NCBI GenBank assembly: GCA_009103225.1
Contig: RHPI01001292.1
Span: forward strand, 1-64,000
DNA from: Chlorokybus atmophyticus
Taxonomy: Eukaryota > Plantae > Mesostigma and Chlorokybus algae
Length of the DNA stretch: 64,000 nucleotides
Direction: 5' to 3'
Made by a program: the position numbers and the translations under genes. Numbering within the stretch: the stretch's first letter is position 1; every line of letters starts with the position of its first letter. Below, one piece after another: positions 35,971 to 48,317 of this stretch. The notes below the pieces were generated by a model that searched no databases, was not told the DNA's origin, and saw only the letters and a program-made list of their open reading frames with translations.

Positions 35971-36315
35971 ATAGCAATAATCCACTATACTGAAACGCCT
36001 TGTGGTGTAAGTGAAGTTCAAATCCTAAATGAACCCAACGATTGCTCTATCCGGCATTCAACAAGGTACCGTTTGAGCTGGTGGCTGATGCCAAACCGGT
36101 TGCCATGGCATAACGGTAAACGGTGAGGGCTGTTTGCGTCGTCTTTGTTGGCCTTCAACTATTGACTGTAACTACGACTCACTCAGAACGGTGAGGCCGC
36201 CGCGAACGTTCGAGAAAGCCAACGTAATGTCAAGGCTAGGATATGCGAAGACCCTAACGTTGGCGGTGTAGTGAGCGGCGGCAGCCTTGGCGGATGAGAG
36301 GGACACACAGGCGGC

Positions 36316-39300
36316 ATGGCGTTTCACGTAAAGTGCCCTTTCACATGGTAAAGATGTACAGCACACTTGCATTGCAGTGTCATAGTTTTGTATCACTGCA
36401 ATGCAATTTCTTTCTGATGCTCTCTTGCTGTTACTGTTTGTAAAAGTGACACCAGGCTTGCAATCAGAGGCTCTTTGGCATGCGTGTAACGCGAGTTCAC
36501 TTACATCGTCGCAAAATGGTTTGAGCTGAACTTGCCTTCTCAAGTCTGCATGTCAAGCAGCTTAGGGTTTAGGTCTCTGTTGAGATTCAGTAGTCAGCAG
36601 CCAGCTTGTGATCACGTAGAGCTGGGGCAGGATATTAATCGCATTTCGTGCACCTGCATTGCTAAATTACCCAGCACCTATGCTCAAGGGATTTGCATGG
36701 AGTGCTAGCATGCCGCATCAGCATCTGGTAAAGTAGCTGGCCTGGGTTGAGTCAGTCAGGCTGTCTCTCAAGTCTTTTTGAAACTGACTTAGGGACTCTG
36801 TTGACACATTGACTGCGCATAGTATGCAAAAGTTGTGTCCACATTGTTCGACTGGCACATTGCATGTGTTGGTGAGTGTCACCTCCTGTGGCAGATTGTT
36901 GGTTGTGCAACTGCTACTGTTTATAGCAGTAGCCGCTCGTGAACGTTAAAGAAGTTGCGTGTGTACCATAGAGGTTGGTTTTATATCCTGCCTGTTGACC
37001 ATTGTTTGTAGTCTGCTTGTACGCTCATCCGTCTGCATGTCATGCTTGCAGCCAGGCCATATGCTACTGTGTACCCGGGATGCCGCCTGCAGCGCGCACC
37101 GCGGCTGGTAGCGCACTAATTGCGGAGCAGGCCAGGAAGCTGCTGGCGCTGTGGAAGCAGCCGCACCTAGTCGTGCAAGAGGACCCCGGCGGAGGCGTCG
37201 ATGTGCTGGTCCCGAGGCTGGCCGTGAAGAAACGCAGGAACCGCGATGCGCCGGAGACCAGAAGCTCCAGACGCGCAGCAGGCGTCTCGCCCGACAGCAG
37301 CAGACCCAAGTCACAGAGAGAAATGGTGAGTTGCTCAATTGTCGACTTTGTTTGTGGCTTGAGCATGATCCTGTGTGCGTGCCCCATCAAATCACGTATA
37401 TATGAGAAGAAGTATGCCCTTGATGGGAGGGATGCTTGCATGGGTTTCTGGTTGCAAGATGCAATGGCAAAACTTGCTCAGCATGCTTCTGTCCATTCGC
37501 TGGCTTTTGTTTGTTAATCTGTTTGCATCTGCAGGTGGAGGAAGTTAAGGAGAAGTTGGCAGCAGCGCGAATCGCAGCCAAGCAGGCCGAGCGAAAGCGT
37601 GCAATGCAAGCTGAGACATCTGGAAGGGAAGAATCGCAGCCCGCAGGTTCTGTTCCAGTACCAACTGTGGACGCAGGCAATGCAACAGAACCTTCGCAAG
37701 TGCCGAGGCTGAAGATCAAGGTGCGCCCGCCTGAGCCATCACTGGTGCCAGTCATCAGCAGGGAGAGCGCAGATGCGGCGACTCCCGGCAGCGCATTGGA
37801 AGCGGATGCTTCGAGCCCTCCTGGCAGGGGGAAGCAAGGTGTACAAACGACACAAGCCGATGCAGATTCAGCTGGCGAGGGTGGTGAGCCCGTATCAGAT
37901 GCAGAGAATGCAGATGGCTTGACACAAGACGATTTGGCAGCACTGGCGAAAAGGAAGAAGAAGAAACATCGGCAACGCCAGCTGCGCAAAGATGAAGAGG
38001 CCTTGCAGCGCGCGGTTATTGAGTCGGCACAGTTGGCAAGTGAGACACCAAACCATGTTATTGAGTGTTTGCGCTGCAAGTCATCAGCCAACACGTGTTG
38101 GGCACGGACAGGCTCACATCATGTGCGCACCTTTGCAGCAGAGTTGTTGCGTAGCATACTGACAGGCCTGCTGTCATGTGCAGGCCAGGGTCCAGAAGGT
38201 CCAGTGGATCCGCTTGCATGCGAGGTACTTGCTGACTAGCTGCATGATGAGGTTTGTGTGTCTGAACAAACCTATGGGTCCCCAGGTCTGCCACCGTGGC
38301 ACAGAGAAAGAGAAGATGGTGGCCTGCCACACCTGCAAAGCTCGCCGTCACATGATATGCGAAACGCCACCGCTACGGGTTGGTTTGTGCTACAAGGCAA
38401 TGCTGGTCGGATGCCTGTGCCAGTTGAGTGTGTTACATGGCTCACTTGTGCTGCAGGTTATGCCGCAAAGGTATCTGTGCCCTCAGCATGTGAGGTGCCG
38501 CTGCTGCAATACGTCTGTACCCGGCAGCGGATCCACTTCAAGGCGAGTGACATAGCGTAAAGTATAGGCAGCCAGCTGTCAGCCATACATGCCACAACAT
38601 CAACCACAACATCAATTCAGCAAATCGCGTGCAGGTGGATGTTCGGCTACACACTTTGCGATGCTTGCGGTCGGCTGTTCAAGAAGGGCAACTACTGTCC
38701 AATCTGTCTTAAGGTAGGTCTGATGGTTTGGCAATCCTGCTTGCTGTGTTACTTGGGAGACTGCAGACTGCACGCTTGAGTGAGCTGTTACGCTGTGTCT
38801 GAGATACAACTCCAGGTGTATCGCAACAATGAAGCAGCACCGATGATCTGTTGCGACAGTTGTCAGCAGTGGCTGCATTTGCCCTGTGCGAAACTGACGT
38901 GAGTCATTTCTTGCTTTGTATATGTGGCCAGCTGCACATATGGCTTGCGCAAACTCTTAACACTCTTAACCCATGCGTTGTCTTGTAGTGACAAGCAGTA
39001 CAAGAAGTACAGTGACTCTCCAGAGCTCAAGTTTCAATGTGATGTCTGCAAAGGAAAAGCACCAAAGGTAGGCAGGCATGCATTGACCGGGACAGGACAA
39101 GCGCACTGTTGCCCCATCTTGGACATCGAGGTTATGTGCGTATGTAGTTTTTGCTTGCTCAATCAGAGTTCTGAGTCTATCCATCTGATGTTGCCAGGTG
39201 CCAGAAAGCCTCGAGCTAGCAGCAGAGATGATGATGAAAATGGATGGCATTCCAGTGCCCAAGACTGCTGCCGCGTTTCCTGAAGAGGACGACTCTCAAC

Positions 39301-41091
39301 CAGAAGCTCCTTCAACTGAGCCTCTGGCAGATGAAAAGCCTTCAGCTGAACACGAACGCGAAAAACCATCCTCTCCTACGCGTCCAAGCACGGCAGCAGC
39401 AGAGGCTGCTGTCGAAGACACTGTCAATGCCCCTGGTGAACACAAGCGCAAAAGGAAGCACATGAAGCACCCAGCAGAAGAGAGCACAGCAGTTATACAA
39501 GATGTAGCAGAAGCAGCAGAGGTTGCGGTTGGAGACACTACCAACGTGCCGCCTGGTGAACACAAGCGCAAGAAGAAGCACTTGAAGCATCAAGCAGAAG
39601 AGAGCACAGCAGTTAAACATGTTGGAGCAGAAGCTGCTGCAGCCAAATCCGGTGCACAAGGCGCTGCTGCTGAACTGCCAGTTGCCGGTGGCATGGATGG
39701 TGCCAACAAGGAAACCAAGATGGAGACACAGACACCGTTCCCCAAGACTGTCAAAGGGAAGCGTACCACCAACCGACCAGCGTCCGGAGGCAACATGAGT
39801 GTTAAAGCTGAACCCGCAGGCATTGAGCCGAGCACAGCTGCTCAAGCGTCTGTGTCTGAGGAGAAGGTTATAGACATCAAGAAAGGTAAGCACTTGTCTT
39901 GTAAAGTCAAGAAACCTGCATGTTATCGCGGCCTTTGGCTAGGTTGAAGTCCAGTTAGTCATCTGCAATGAGCTTTCCTGTGCTGCTGGGTACAGAAGCA
40001 GCAGCGCCAACAGAGGAGCCAGTGAAGTCAAAGGGGCGTCGCACAGTCAGCAATACACGTGATACACCCGCAGTAGTAAAGCCCAAGACTGTGACCCTAC
40101 CATCATCTGTTGTGGAAGGTTGGTCTCTTGTCCATGCCGCAGCTTGTACTGTAACTGCATACGTCTGCATTCAGTCGATCAAAGACCCCGGCTGTTGATG
40201 CGTCTGTGCAGGCGAACATACTCCCTCAGATACCGGCACTCCCACTGGCAGCATCAGCATGAAGTTGAAGTTCAAAATGCCCAAAGCGGCCGCCGCATCT
40301 GCAGCTGCGACGGCAACAACACCGCGACATCAGGCTCGCGATGCCACCACATCACAGGAAATGCACGCTACAGAACCGAGAACTCGCCAGAGCAGGGCAG
40401 GGCAGGTGAAGGAGGAGGAGAAAGAACACTCGCCGACTGTCAAGGCAGCCGGCACTGCAGACAAGAAGGGTAAGGCAGCGACCGCGAGAGACCCGGGGTT
40501 GAAACAGCTGCCCACTGGCAGTTCGCCATTGAAGGAAAGGGATTTCGAGCATGAAGATGACATGATGGGTAGACGGGTTGCTGTGTTCTGGCCGTTGGAC
40601 AATGTCCACTATCTTGGACGCGTTACTGGAGTGAACACAAGACGCAGGACGGTTAGGGTGGTGTATGATGACGGCGATCATCAAGAGGTATCACAGAGCT
40701 GTGTCTTTTCTTCTCATGTGTGAAGCATGCTTGTCAAGCGGCATGACTTTACAATGAATGCCCATGTGTAAAGACCATGTGTTGACCACTCACTGGTGTG
40801 TATTTATGCAGGTGGCGTTGGGGGGTGAAGAGCAATTGGTATGGTTGCCAGATGAGGACTCCCCGTCTGCTGCTCACTTGAAGCCTGCTGCAAAAGGATC
40901 AGGTGGCGCGAGCAAACAGGCACGCTCTGCTCGTCGACCTCGTAGTGACGCGGTCGACGCTGTTGATGAACCTCAGGTAGTGCTTAATGCAGCACTGTGT
41001 GTGACGCACTGACTGTCTGCGCCCAACTGACTTGAGTGTGTGCCAGTTGCAGTCCCCAGAGCTGCACCGGCGCAAGCGCACAAGACCTTGA
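36316..41091 (+). CDS. Multi-PHD-finger protein with a C-terminal Tudor-like domain (At3g08020/At3g52100 family)
   Basis: Exon 1 (36316-36347) MAFHVKCPFTC splices to QAICYCVPG, matching the conserved MAFHVACPITCRRIC start. WMFGYTLCDACGRLFKKGNYCPICLKVYRNNEAAPMICCDSCQQWLHLPCAKLT...FQCDVCKG. GRRVAVFWPLDNVHYLGRV...VVYDDGD. Stop at 41089-41091. Confidence 0.9.
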
Positions 41092-42148
41092 TTGGCGGTT
41101 TGGACACCAGTGTACATATATCCGTCTGGGTACTCTATGTAGATTATAGAATAGCTAGCAGATGGCGCTGAGGTAAGCTTGGTTGAATGCTCTGTGTATG
41201 AAACGTATTACGGGTGCTGATGCCGTACACGACTGCAATCTGCGTGGCGTTTTACTTGTTGTGGAGCACGCATTCTCCGGAGCACCCAGTACAATCAAGA
41301 ACATCACGATACTGTCAGGTATACGCGTATGTGGAATGTGCGATTCAATCATTGTTGACTGTGCGGCTGTAAGCGAACGCTTGCACCTGTTTTCCCAAGA
41401 GGCGGTTGTTTGATTGTGGCTCAATCATTGGCAAACGCTGTACGCCTGTACCATCCACTGAGCATAGTCAGAAAATTGCATGCTTAGCCTGTTACATCAG
41501 CATGCCAGGGCAAGTTGTTCACTGTCACATCAAAGTTAAAGATGGGAGATTGTAAGCCACCGGTGTGTCAAGGACACCAAGACCAACGGTGACACGTTGC
41601 TGGTGACGCATGCAGCGGTGAGCATATAGTAGTGCTGCGTTCTATCTCTTGCCAAAATTACCCACCACCGCAGCCAATGTACGCACATACCCCAACACCA
41701 TTACAAGCAGCCGCCCTTTGGTCAAGGACGTTAGAGCATCTTCCGTCCTTGCACGGACACAACAACAATTCTGTGTTTGTGGTTAATACTGGACACATTC
41801 CAAGAAAGCTTGGATGCATGACATGAGAATAGGTTTGCAGAGCGACAGACACATTGGCCTTCTGTATCCTCCATAGCGCACCATAAAAAGTAGCTCACTG
41901 CTGTAGTGGGCCTGTAAAGCATCGCATGCATAAGTGAAGGCGCACAGCAGGCAGTGCAACTTCATGGTTTAGCTATAGGTGGGTATGCAGGTTTACAGAC
42001 AGAGAAGCCAAGTGCTTGGTCACAAGATGTGACTTCAACTCATACAGGGTGTACAATGCAAGCGTGCACCTACGCAAATGCTGTCACACACCTACGCTCA
42101 TGCAAAGCGTGAGATATAGTACAAGGCCGGCGCCTGTGCTTCACTGTA

Positions 42149-44088
42149 TTACTTCACAATGCTCTGAGCCTTTTTCTCACTCTCGTGTATGTAGGAGTCT
42201 TCCACGACAAACTCCGACTGCATGAACGCGGCATTTGGAACGTAAAGGCGCTTCTTGCCATCGCGCAGTACTGTATACCGCAAATCAACTGACTCGCAAA
42301 CTCCCTGAAACCACGCTGATGTTCCCACTCCAGTCAAACCAGGAGCTGAAGTGGCAATGGTAATCTTGTCGCCGGAGCGGAAAGGCTCTGCCACTATCAA
42401 GAAGAAGCCTGCTATGAGGTTGTTGCACACATCCTGCACGGCAGTTAACGCTGTTAGTGTGGAACGAGGACAAATGCTGTACTGTTGATTACATAGCATG
42501 GTAGTGCTATGCCTACCTTGCTACCAAGTGCGAGAGCCACTGCAGCGGGCAGAAGCAGACTGTACACATTCACACCAAACCTGCACAGACAACCAGTGGT
42601 GTCAAACCACAAGGGCGTCACTTTGTAAAGGGCGTATGCACGTGCACATTGATTACATGGCACTTACGTGGACAGGACTGTGCCGATCGCAACAGCCAGT
42701 GCTGCAACCCTGAGACAACAGCAAGCATGCATAAGTCAACTGCAAGATCGCCTTGCTGCCTGCTGTGCTTCCCACGGAATACTGTACTTACTCGGCGCCT
42801 ATGCGCATGCCCTGAGCTACATGTGGCGAGAGGACGTGCCCTTGGGCCATCGTGGCGATCCACTTCTTGGCCAAGGTGTTCAGAAACCAGAGAATCCACA
42901 GTATGCATGTTGAGCTCCTGCAAACAAGTCAGCACAGTCAGCAGTTGTACATGACGAGCGAACAAACCAGGGTGATGCAAGAGCATGCAATCAAGTTGCA
43001 CACACACACATGCAAGAGGCTAAGCTTACCCAAGGCGAGGCAGGATGACAGACGCGTTCGTCTGAAGGGTACGCAGCGCAATACCCACTGTGAAGACCAA
43101 AGGTGCTATGAGAGGAAGCGACACCTGTGACATGCAGCAGCATCAGCAAGCAAATACGTACGTACGCGCACAAGTACGTTCAGAACAGCGGTTTAAATAA
43201 TGCTTAAGCAATGTACATCAAGTTACTTACCGACTGTGCAGAAAAGAACGCCATCAAGGTTGCGACAGCTTGCGAGATGCGATATGTGATGTTGGCGACA
43301 GAGAAGGACAGCATGATGCGCTTCACCCAGGGCTGCTCAGTTATTGATTGTATTCTTGACCATCTGCAATGGACGGACATGAAGTCAGTTTCTCGAGGAC
43401 AGCATGCTACTCAGACTCGGTAAGCGTGTCACTGATGTGACATGCTTAACATGCAACGTATGCAGTGTATAACCCTCGCATATGACAATCTCTTTCATAC
43501 GACTGTGACATGACTCCTTTGCTTGCGCGCCAGGTGTTGTCAAGCAATCTACACATGTGAAACTTGGACAGGCCTGTGTTCTAAAGCATGCATTGAACTA
43601 CTTACTCTCTACTACGTAAACAACAAGCTGCACACTCCCAAGAACGACACTTACGGGTCATTTTTGCGGCGTTCTTCTTGCGCTTCAGCAGCATAGTGCG
43701 AGTTTTCTTTTTGCGCCTCCTTCTCTTGCCACGCCTTGAGACTGTCAATATCAGCGGGGTCGGCTTCGTGATGACTGTGCGCGCTGTTAGTGTGGTTGCT
43801 GCCGCCGTAGTCCGCGGCAGCATCATGCATGACCAGGTACGCCAGCCTGTGCCTCCGCCGCTGCTGCCTAGACCCCCTCAGCGACAACCTGCAAGCCCCA
43901 AAACCCTTCCCCCGCTGCTGCTGACCAGGCTGAAACCCTACCAGGCCATGCTGCTGCTTCCCGCTGGTGCCTGCGGCGCACGCCGGCGGCACACTCCTCT
44001 GCAAGGGACTGCGCAACTCTACGGCTGCCCTTCCACCACCCAACCACGCACACTCATACTCCATGGACGACGCCGACGCCGCCGCCAT
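42149..44088 (-). CDS. MscS-like mechanosensitive channel protein with a probable plastid transit peptide
   Basis: DVCNNLIAGFFLIVAEPFRSGDKI...VCESVDLRYTVLRDGKKRLYVPNAAF (MscS TM3/beta-domain motif), upstream TM exons and an Ala/Ser-rich N-terminus. Internal exon boundaries only partly resolved. Confidence 0.8.
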
Positions 44089-45286
44089 CCCCGCCGCCGT
44101 CCCCGCCAACGACGCCAACGACAAACACTACAATGCACACAACTTTCTTCTGTTTGGATTTTTTGCTTCCCGCGTCCCTGAGACAAAAGTGCCCGCCCGC
44201 TCGTCGCAGTTGGGGAGTCGCAGCGTGCGTCGCTGGTTGAGAGCACGGAGACGCGCTAGACAACGATCAACAAATTACCCATCCTTTTTATTTTGTTTGC
44301 GGAAGCCCGCGCGTGCCAGCTGGACTAGTACGAGCTGCGTTGGCGCCACAAAGTTAAACCGTACCTGGGGAAACTCTAGCCAAGTGTACGGCTGTACACG
44401 GACCCTACTTGTACCGCAGCTAGGACCTATCCAAGACCACATATAAGCCTTTCCTGCCTATTTGCTTCTTTATAAATCCAGCCCGTACTTTTTAATACGT
44501 GTACATTCAAAAAGCAGTAGGTTCAAAATGGACATTTAAGTGCAACCGCACAATTTACGAAGTCTGCAAAGACAATGTATTGCAAAACCTTCCCTGGTCA
44601 TGCCGAAAGTTTCGACATGTCCAGGGAAGGTTAGGGTAAATCGCCCTAACTTCGTAGTTGCCCCTAACTTCGTGACTACGTAGTTAACAGGCGCTGTAGG
44701 CCGCATCTGTGCTCCGATTGGCTTGAGACTTATAGGGTAGGTACTAGGCATGTGTAGGCTTCTGCTGACCCCGGAATGTAAACGGATAAGAGTGGCGGTT
44801 TGTACAGATATTTGTACATGGGGCATAGCACACAATTTGCGTGTGCATGATGCATAGACTTTGCTTGATTATGGCTTTGGCATTTGTTGCTCAAATACAA
44901 TGAAACCAAGCGCAAACGACTCCTCTCATAATGTTTGATTTGTATCTGAAGTTTTATTTTAATTAACGCGGTATTATAAAAGTCAGGTGGTTAGGTTGAG
45001 GGGGGTAATGCGTAACGTTTTGAGTAAAGTGTGAAAGTATTATAGGTTGGTGGTTGGCTATGAATTTTGGCTTGGCGCCTTGTCCTAACATGCTAGGCCG
45101 TTTCAAATGTGTAGGGCTATTTGCCAATTGTGCTATTGCTCGTAGTGTGCTCAATGTTAAGGTGAGGGTGCGGGGTGGTAGAAGTTCGCATGGCACATTT
45201 AGTGGATGCAAGTGAGCGCATGCAAATGTGTTGAGGCACAAGCTGTGTGTTGCACGGTTTGTTTAAGAATACAAGTCCTACCTACC

Positions 45287-45812
45287 TGTAACAGCACCAC
45301 CGTCGCCGGTGATGCCCCTTCAATCCTCTACCCCAACTCCCACACCGCCTATGACAAGCCTTTCAACGGCGTGGCCGCCACTGAGCAGAGAACTGCAAAG
45401 TCCTTCACATCAGTTTGATGTGACCTTTTATATCAAGAGTATAAAAAAAATATACCTTTCGATAATTAACTCACAACTAGACATCGACCCTACAGATTGG
45501 GTAGTTAGGAAATCTAGCGTGAGCCAATCACAGCTCAGATAAAATACCTATCGATAAGGTACCTATCGAAAGATACCTATCGTACGGTACCCAACGAGAT
45601 AGTGACCACATTTTATCAAATGTGACACTAAATAGGCTTGAATAAGCGGTTCTACACCCATTGGGACTTATTTACGCTATGATAAAGCATCATAGCCTTA
45701 TAAGCGAGGTCCCGTAGAAAAGAGGTATAAATAAGCATATTCAGATACTTATTCTTGCAAAATGTGTTATTTGGGTAGCAATAATATCCCTATTATTATT
45801 GCTCCCGTTACA
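45287..45812 (-). mobile_element. 3' LTR (526 bp) of a chromovirus
   Basis: In element orientation it runs TGTAACGGGAGC...GCTGTTACA, immediately preceded by PPT GGGGGGGAA (45813-45821) and followed by CTACC target sequence. Confidence 0.92.
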
Positions 45813-45899
45813 TTCCCCCCCATTTAGGTTTTCAACGTCCTCGTTGAACTCAAGTTGATCAGGCTTGATTTTAAGTAGTTGTAACCAGTGAGATAGCAG

Positions 45900-47803
45900 G
45901 ATATGACAAGGTGGTAATGAAACTGCGCTGCCAGTCTGTCATAAAACCAAGCCCACAGTGTACGGAACAGGACGTGAATCCCAATAAGCTCGAAGCAACT
46001 CGCGGCAGTGCGTAGAATGCCTGTCGAGCTTCCAACTGTTATGTTCTGGGCCATACCCTTTCCATTTCACCAAATAGCGAGTCGCGCTTTTATTTAGCTT
46101 ATGGTTTAATATAGCTTCCACCTCGTATTTGAGCTCGCTGTCCACCTCAACTGGCAGTGGTGGAGGCTGTGTTCTACCGTCTGAGCGGTAAGGTTTCAAC
46201 AAGTTCACATGGAACACGTTGTGTATACGCACATTTGGGGGCAATTGCAGTCGATAAAGATGCATACCAACTCTATGAGTGATAGAGAAAGGACCTAACA
46301 ATCGGGGCAGCAACTTGCGAGCACCCGTACCTTTGATGGTTATGTTCTTTGCGTTAAGCAAAACTTTATCGCCGACATCGAAAGTGGCCATTCTTTGATG
46401 TGTATTGGCATAAGCTTTTTGCCTGTCCTGTGCTTCTGACAGACATAGCTTGGCTCGAGCCAAATTTTCTTACATATCAGTGGCAAATTCCTTTGCCGCT
46501 GGTACAGTCAGGGCATTGCGAGGTACACGCAATGACGCTGGTGTGTTTAGGCGAATCCTATAATTCAAGAAAAATGGGGTTTCCTTTACACTTTCTTGCC
46601 ACGCGTTGTTCACAGCGAACTCTGCCATTGGCAAGTACCTGTCCCAATCAGCATGGTTAGGAGCCACATAGTGGCGAAGCATTTCTTCCAGTATTAGATT
46701 TGCTTATTATTATTATTATTATTTATTATTTAATTTGCTCGCTCTGTTTGTCCGTCCGTTTGCGGGTGGAAAGCAGTCGACATGCTTTGTTTTACCCCCA
46801 ACAATTCACAAACTTCTCTCCAAAACATGGAGACAAATCGAGGATCACGATCTGTGATAAGCTCAAGCGGTACACCGTGAACTCGAATGACCGTGGACAC
46901 AAATAAATGTGCCAAATCCCGCACTCACGGTTGTGGAACACGGGGCAAAATGCACCATTTTTGCCAAACGGTCGACAAAAACCACAATAGCAGTGTATTT
47001 AGCTGCTGTTTCAGACAGGTCAATAATCAAATTCATACCAACATTATCCCACTTTTGCTCTTGAATTACTAACGGTTTAAGCAATCCCGCTTGTTTTTGT
47101 CGTAGTGGCTTATTACGCTGACACACGTCACATGTGCGAATATATTCATCTCCATAAGCTGACATTGACGGCCATCAGTATAACTGTTGCGCAGCTTTAA
47201 GTGTTTTGTGTTTCCCCAAATGCCCAGCATACGGCGGGTCATGCACTGAATGTAAGCATTGCTTACGCAAGTCGCCCGAGTTGGGAATTGCCAACTGCTC
47301 CCCTTTATACCACAGATTGCTAACAGCACTAAGCTGTTGCAAGTTGGTTTGATTGCTAAACCAATCATCTGAGTTATAGCCTGTAGACACTTCCTTTGTG
47401 AAAGGATCTTCAGGCTGTTGCACATTACGTGTACTTCGAAAGCGCGTAAGTGCCAAAAGAGCAGGGCTACGACTTGGTAGATCCCCCACATGGGTGCAAC
47501 CTGGACGGTATTGCCAAGTGAAAGTGAAACGAGAAATGAATTCAATCCACCTAGCTTGCCGCCTCGACAGGTTCTGTTGCGTATGAAAGAATGTGAGCGG
47601 GTTGTGATCAGTAATCACTGAAAACTCCACACCTTCCAAGTAGCAACGCCATGTGCGCAGCGCGTGCACCACCCCAAGCAATTCCTGCTCAGTGGTTGTG
47701 TAATTACGTTCAGCAGGAATGAACTTTCTGCTTTCATATGCACATGGTCTGTCATCCTGTAGAAAGACTGCCCCACACCCAATGGTGGAAGCATCACTGA
47801 TCA
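45900..47803 (-). mobile_element. Ty3/gypsy chromovirus pol 3' half: RNase H, integrase, chromodomain
   Basis: FVVISDASTIGCGAV...AYESRKF...EQELLGVVHALRTW...TDHNPL; HDPPYAGHLG; CDVCQRNK; ITDRDPRF; STAFHPQTDGQTERAN; YEVEAILNHK...YLVKWKGYGPEHNSW. Confidence 0.96.
46698..46739 (-). repeat. (TAA)n tract flanked by a 7-bp duplication (ATTTGCT) interrupting the integrase
   Basis: ATTTGCT at 46698-46704 and 46733-46739. Removing the insert restores QTERANLILEEMLRHYV. Confidence 0.85.
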
Positions 47804-48317
47804 CCACAAAAGACTTGGTGCTTTTATGGTCGATTTGTGGTAATTTAATGTACCTTCCCGTTACATTCCCCCCCACTTAAGAACGCTGACGTCCTCGGCA
47901 GCTGGCGCCCATCAGCTGGGGAATTTTGCCAAGGGTCTGATTTAGGGTTGGTCACCGGCCCCACCATTCAAGGACCGGCCAATTTAGGCCCATACCGGTC
48001 AACGTGCAGATAGCGCACCGCTGCTGGCCCCACAGGTCGCATCGCAACAGGCAGGTCGCGTCCTGCCGCGCCAACTAAACTGATCAGTCCGACGTGACTG
48101 CCATTAGACAAGTCGCGACCTATTGCTGATGGCACTCATGAAGTGACCATTTACAATGTTATTGGATCGAGAAACAACGACCGCGGAATTCGTGTGCAAG
48201 GCAAGAATCGAACCCGGGTCTCAAGCTCCGATGACCAATGTCACAACCCACTCGACCACAACAGACTTGGTGCTTTTATGGTCAATTTGTGGTAATCTAG
48301 TATACCTTCCCGTTACA
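47803..48317 (-). mobile_element. Non-autonomous TRIM-like LTR element: LTR start, about 390 bp non-coding, PPT, first 63 bp of a second LTR
   Basis: A 63-bp direct repeat (48255-48317 vs 47803-47865, 5 mismatches) starts TGTAACGGGAAGG. PPT GGGGGGGAA lies at 47866-47874. No coding capacity. Confidence 0.85.
48193..48265 (-). ncRNA. Degenerate tRNA-like sequence (Pol III A and B boxes) inside the TRIM; not a functional tRNA
   Basis: A box TGGTCGAGTGG (48258-48248) and B box GGTTCGATTC (48214-48205) at canonical T8-T54 spacing. The D-stem GTCG/TGAC pairs, but the acceptor and anticodon stems do not. Confidence 0.7.

Noticed and set aside
48193-48265. Functional tRNA gene
   Set aside because: The acceptor and anticodon stems do not pair and position 33 is not U; kept only as a tRNA-derived promoter.
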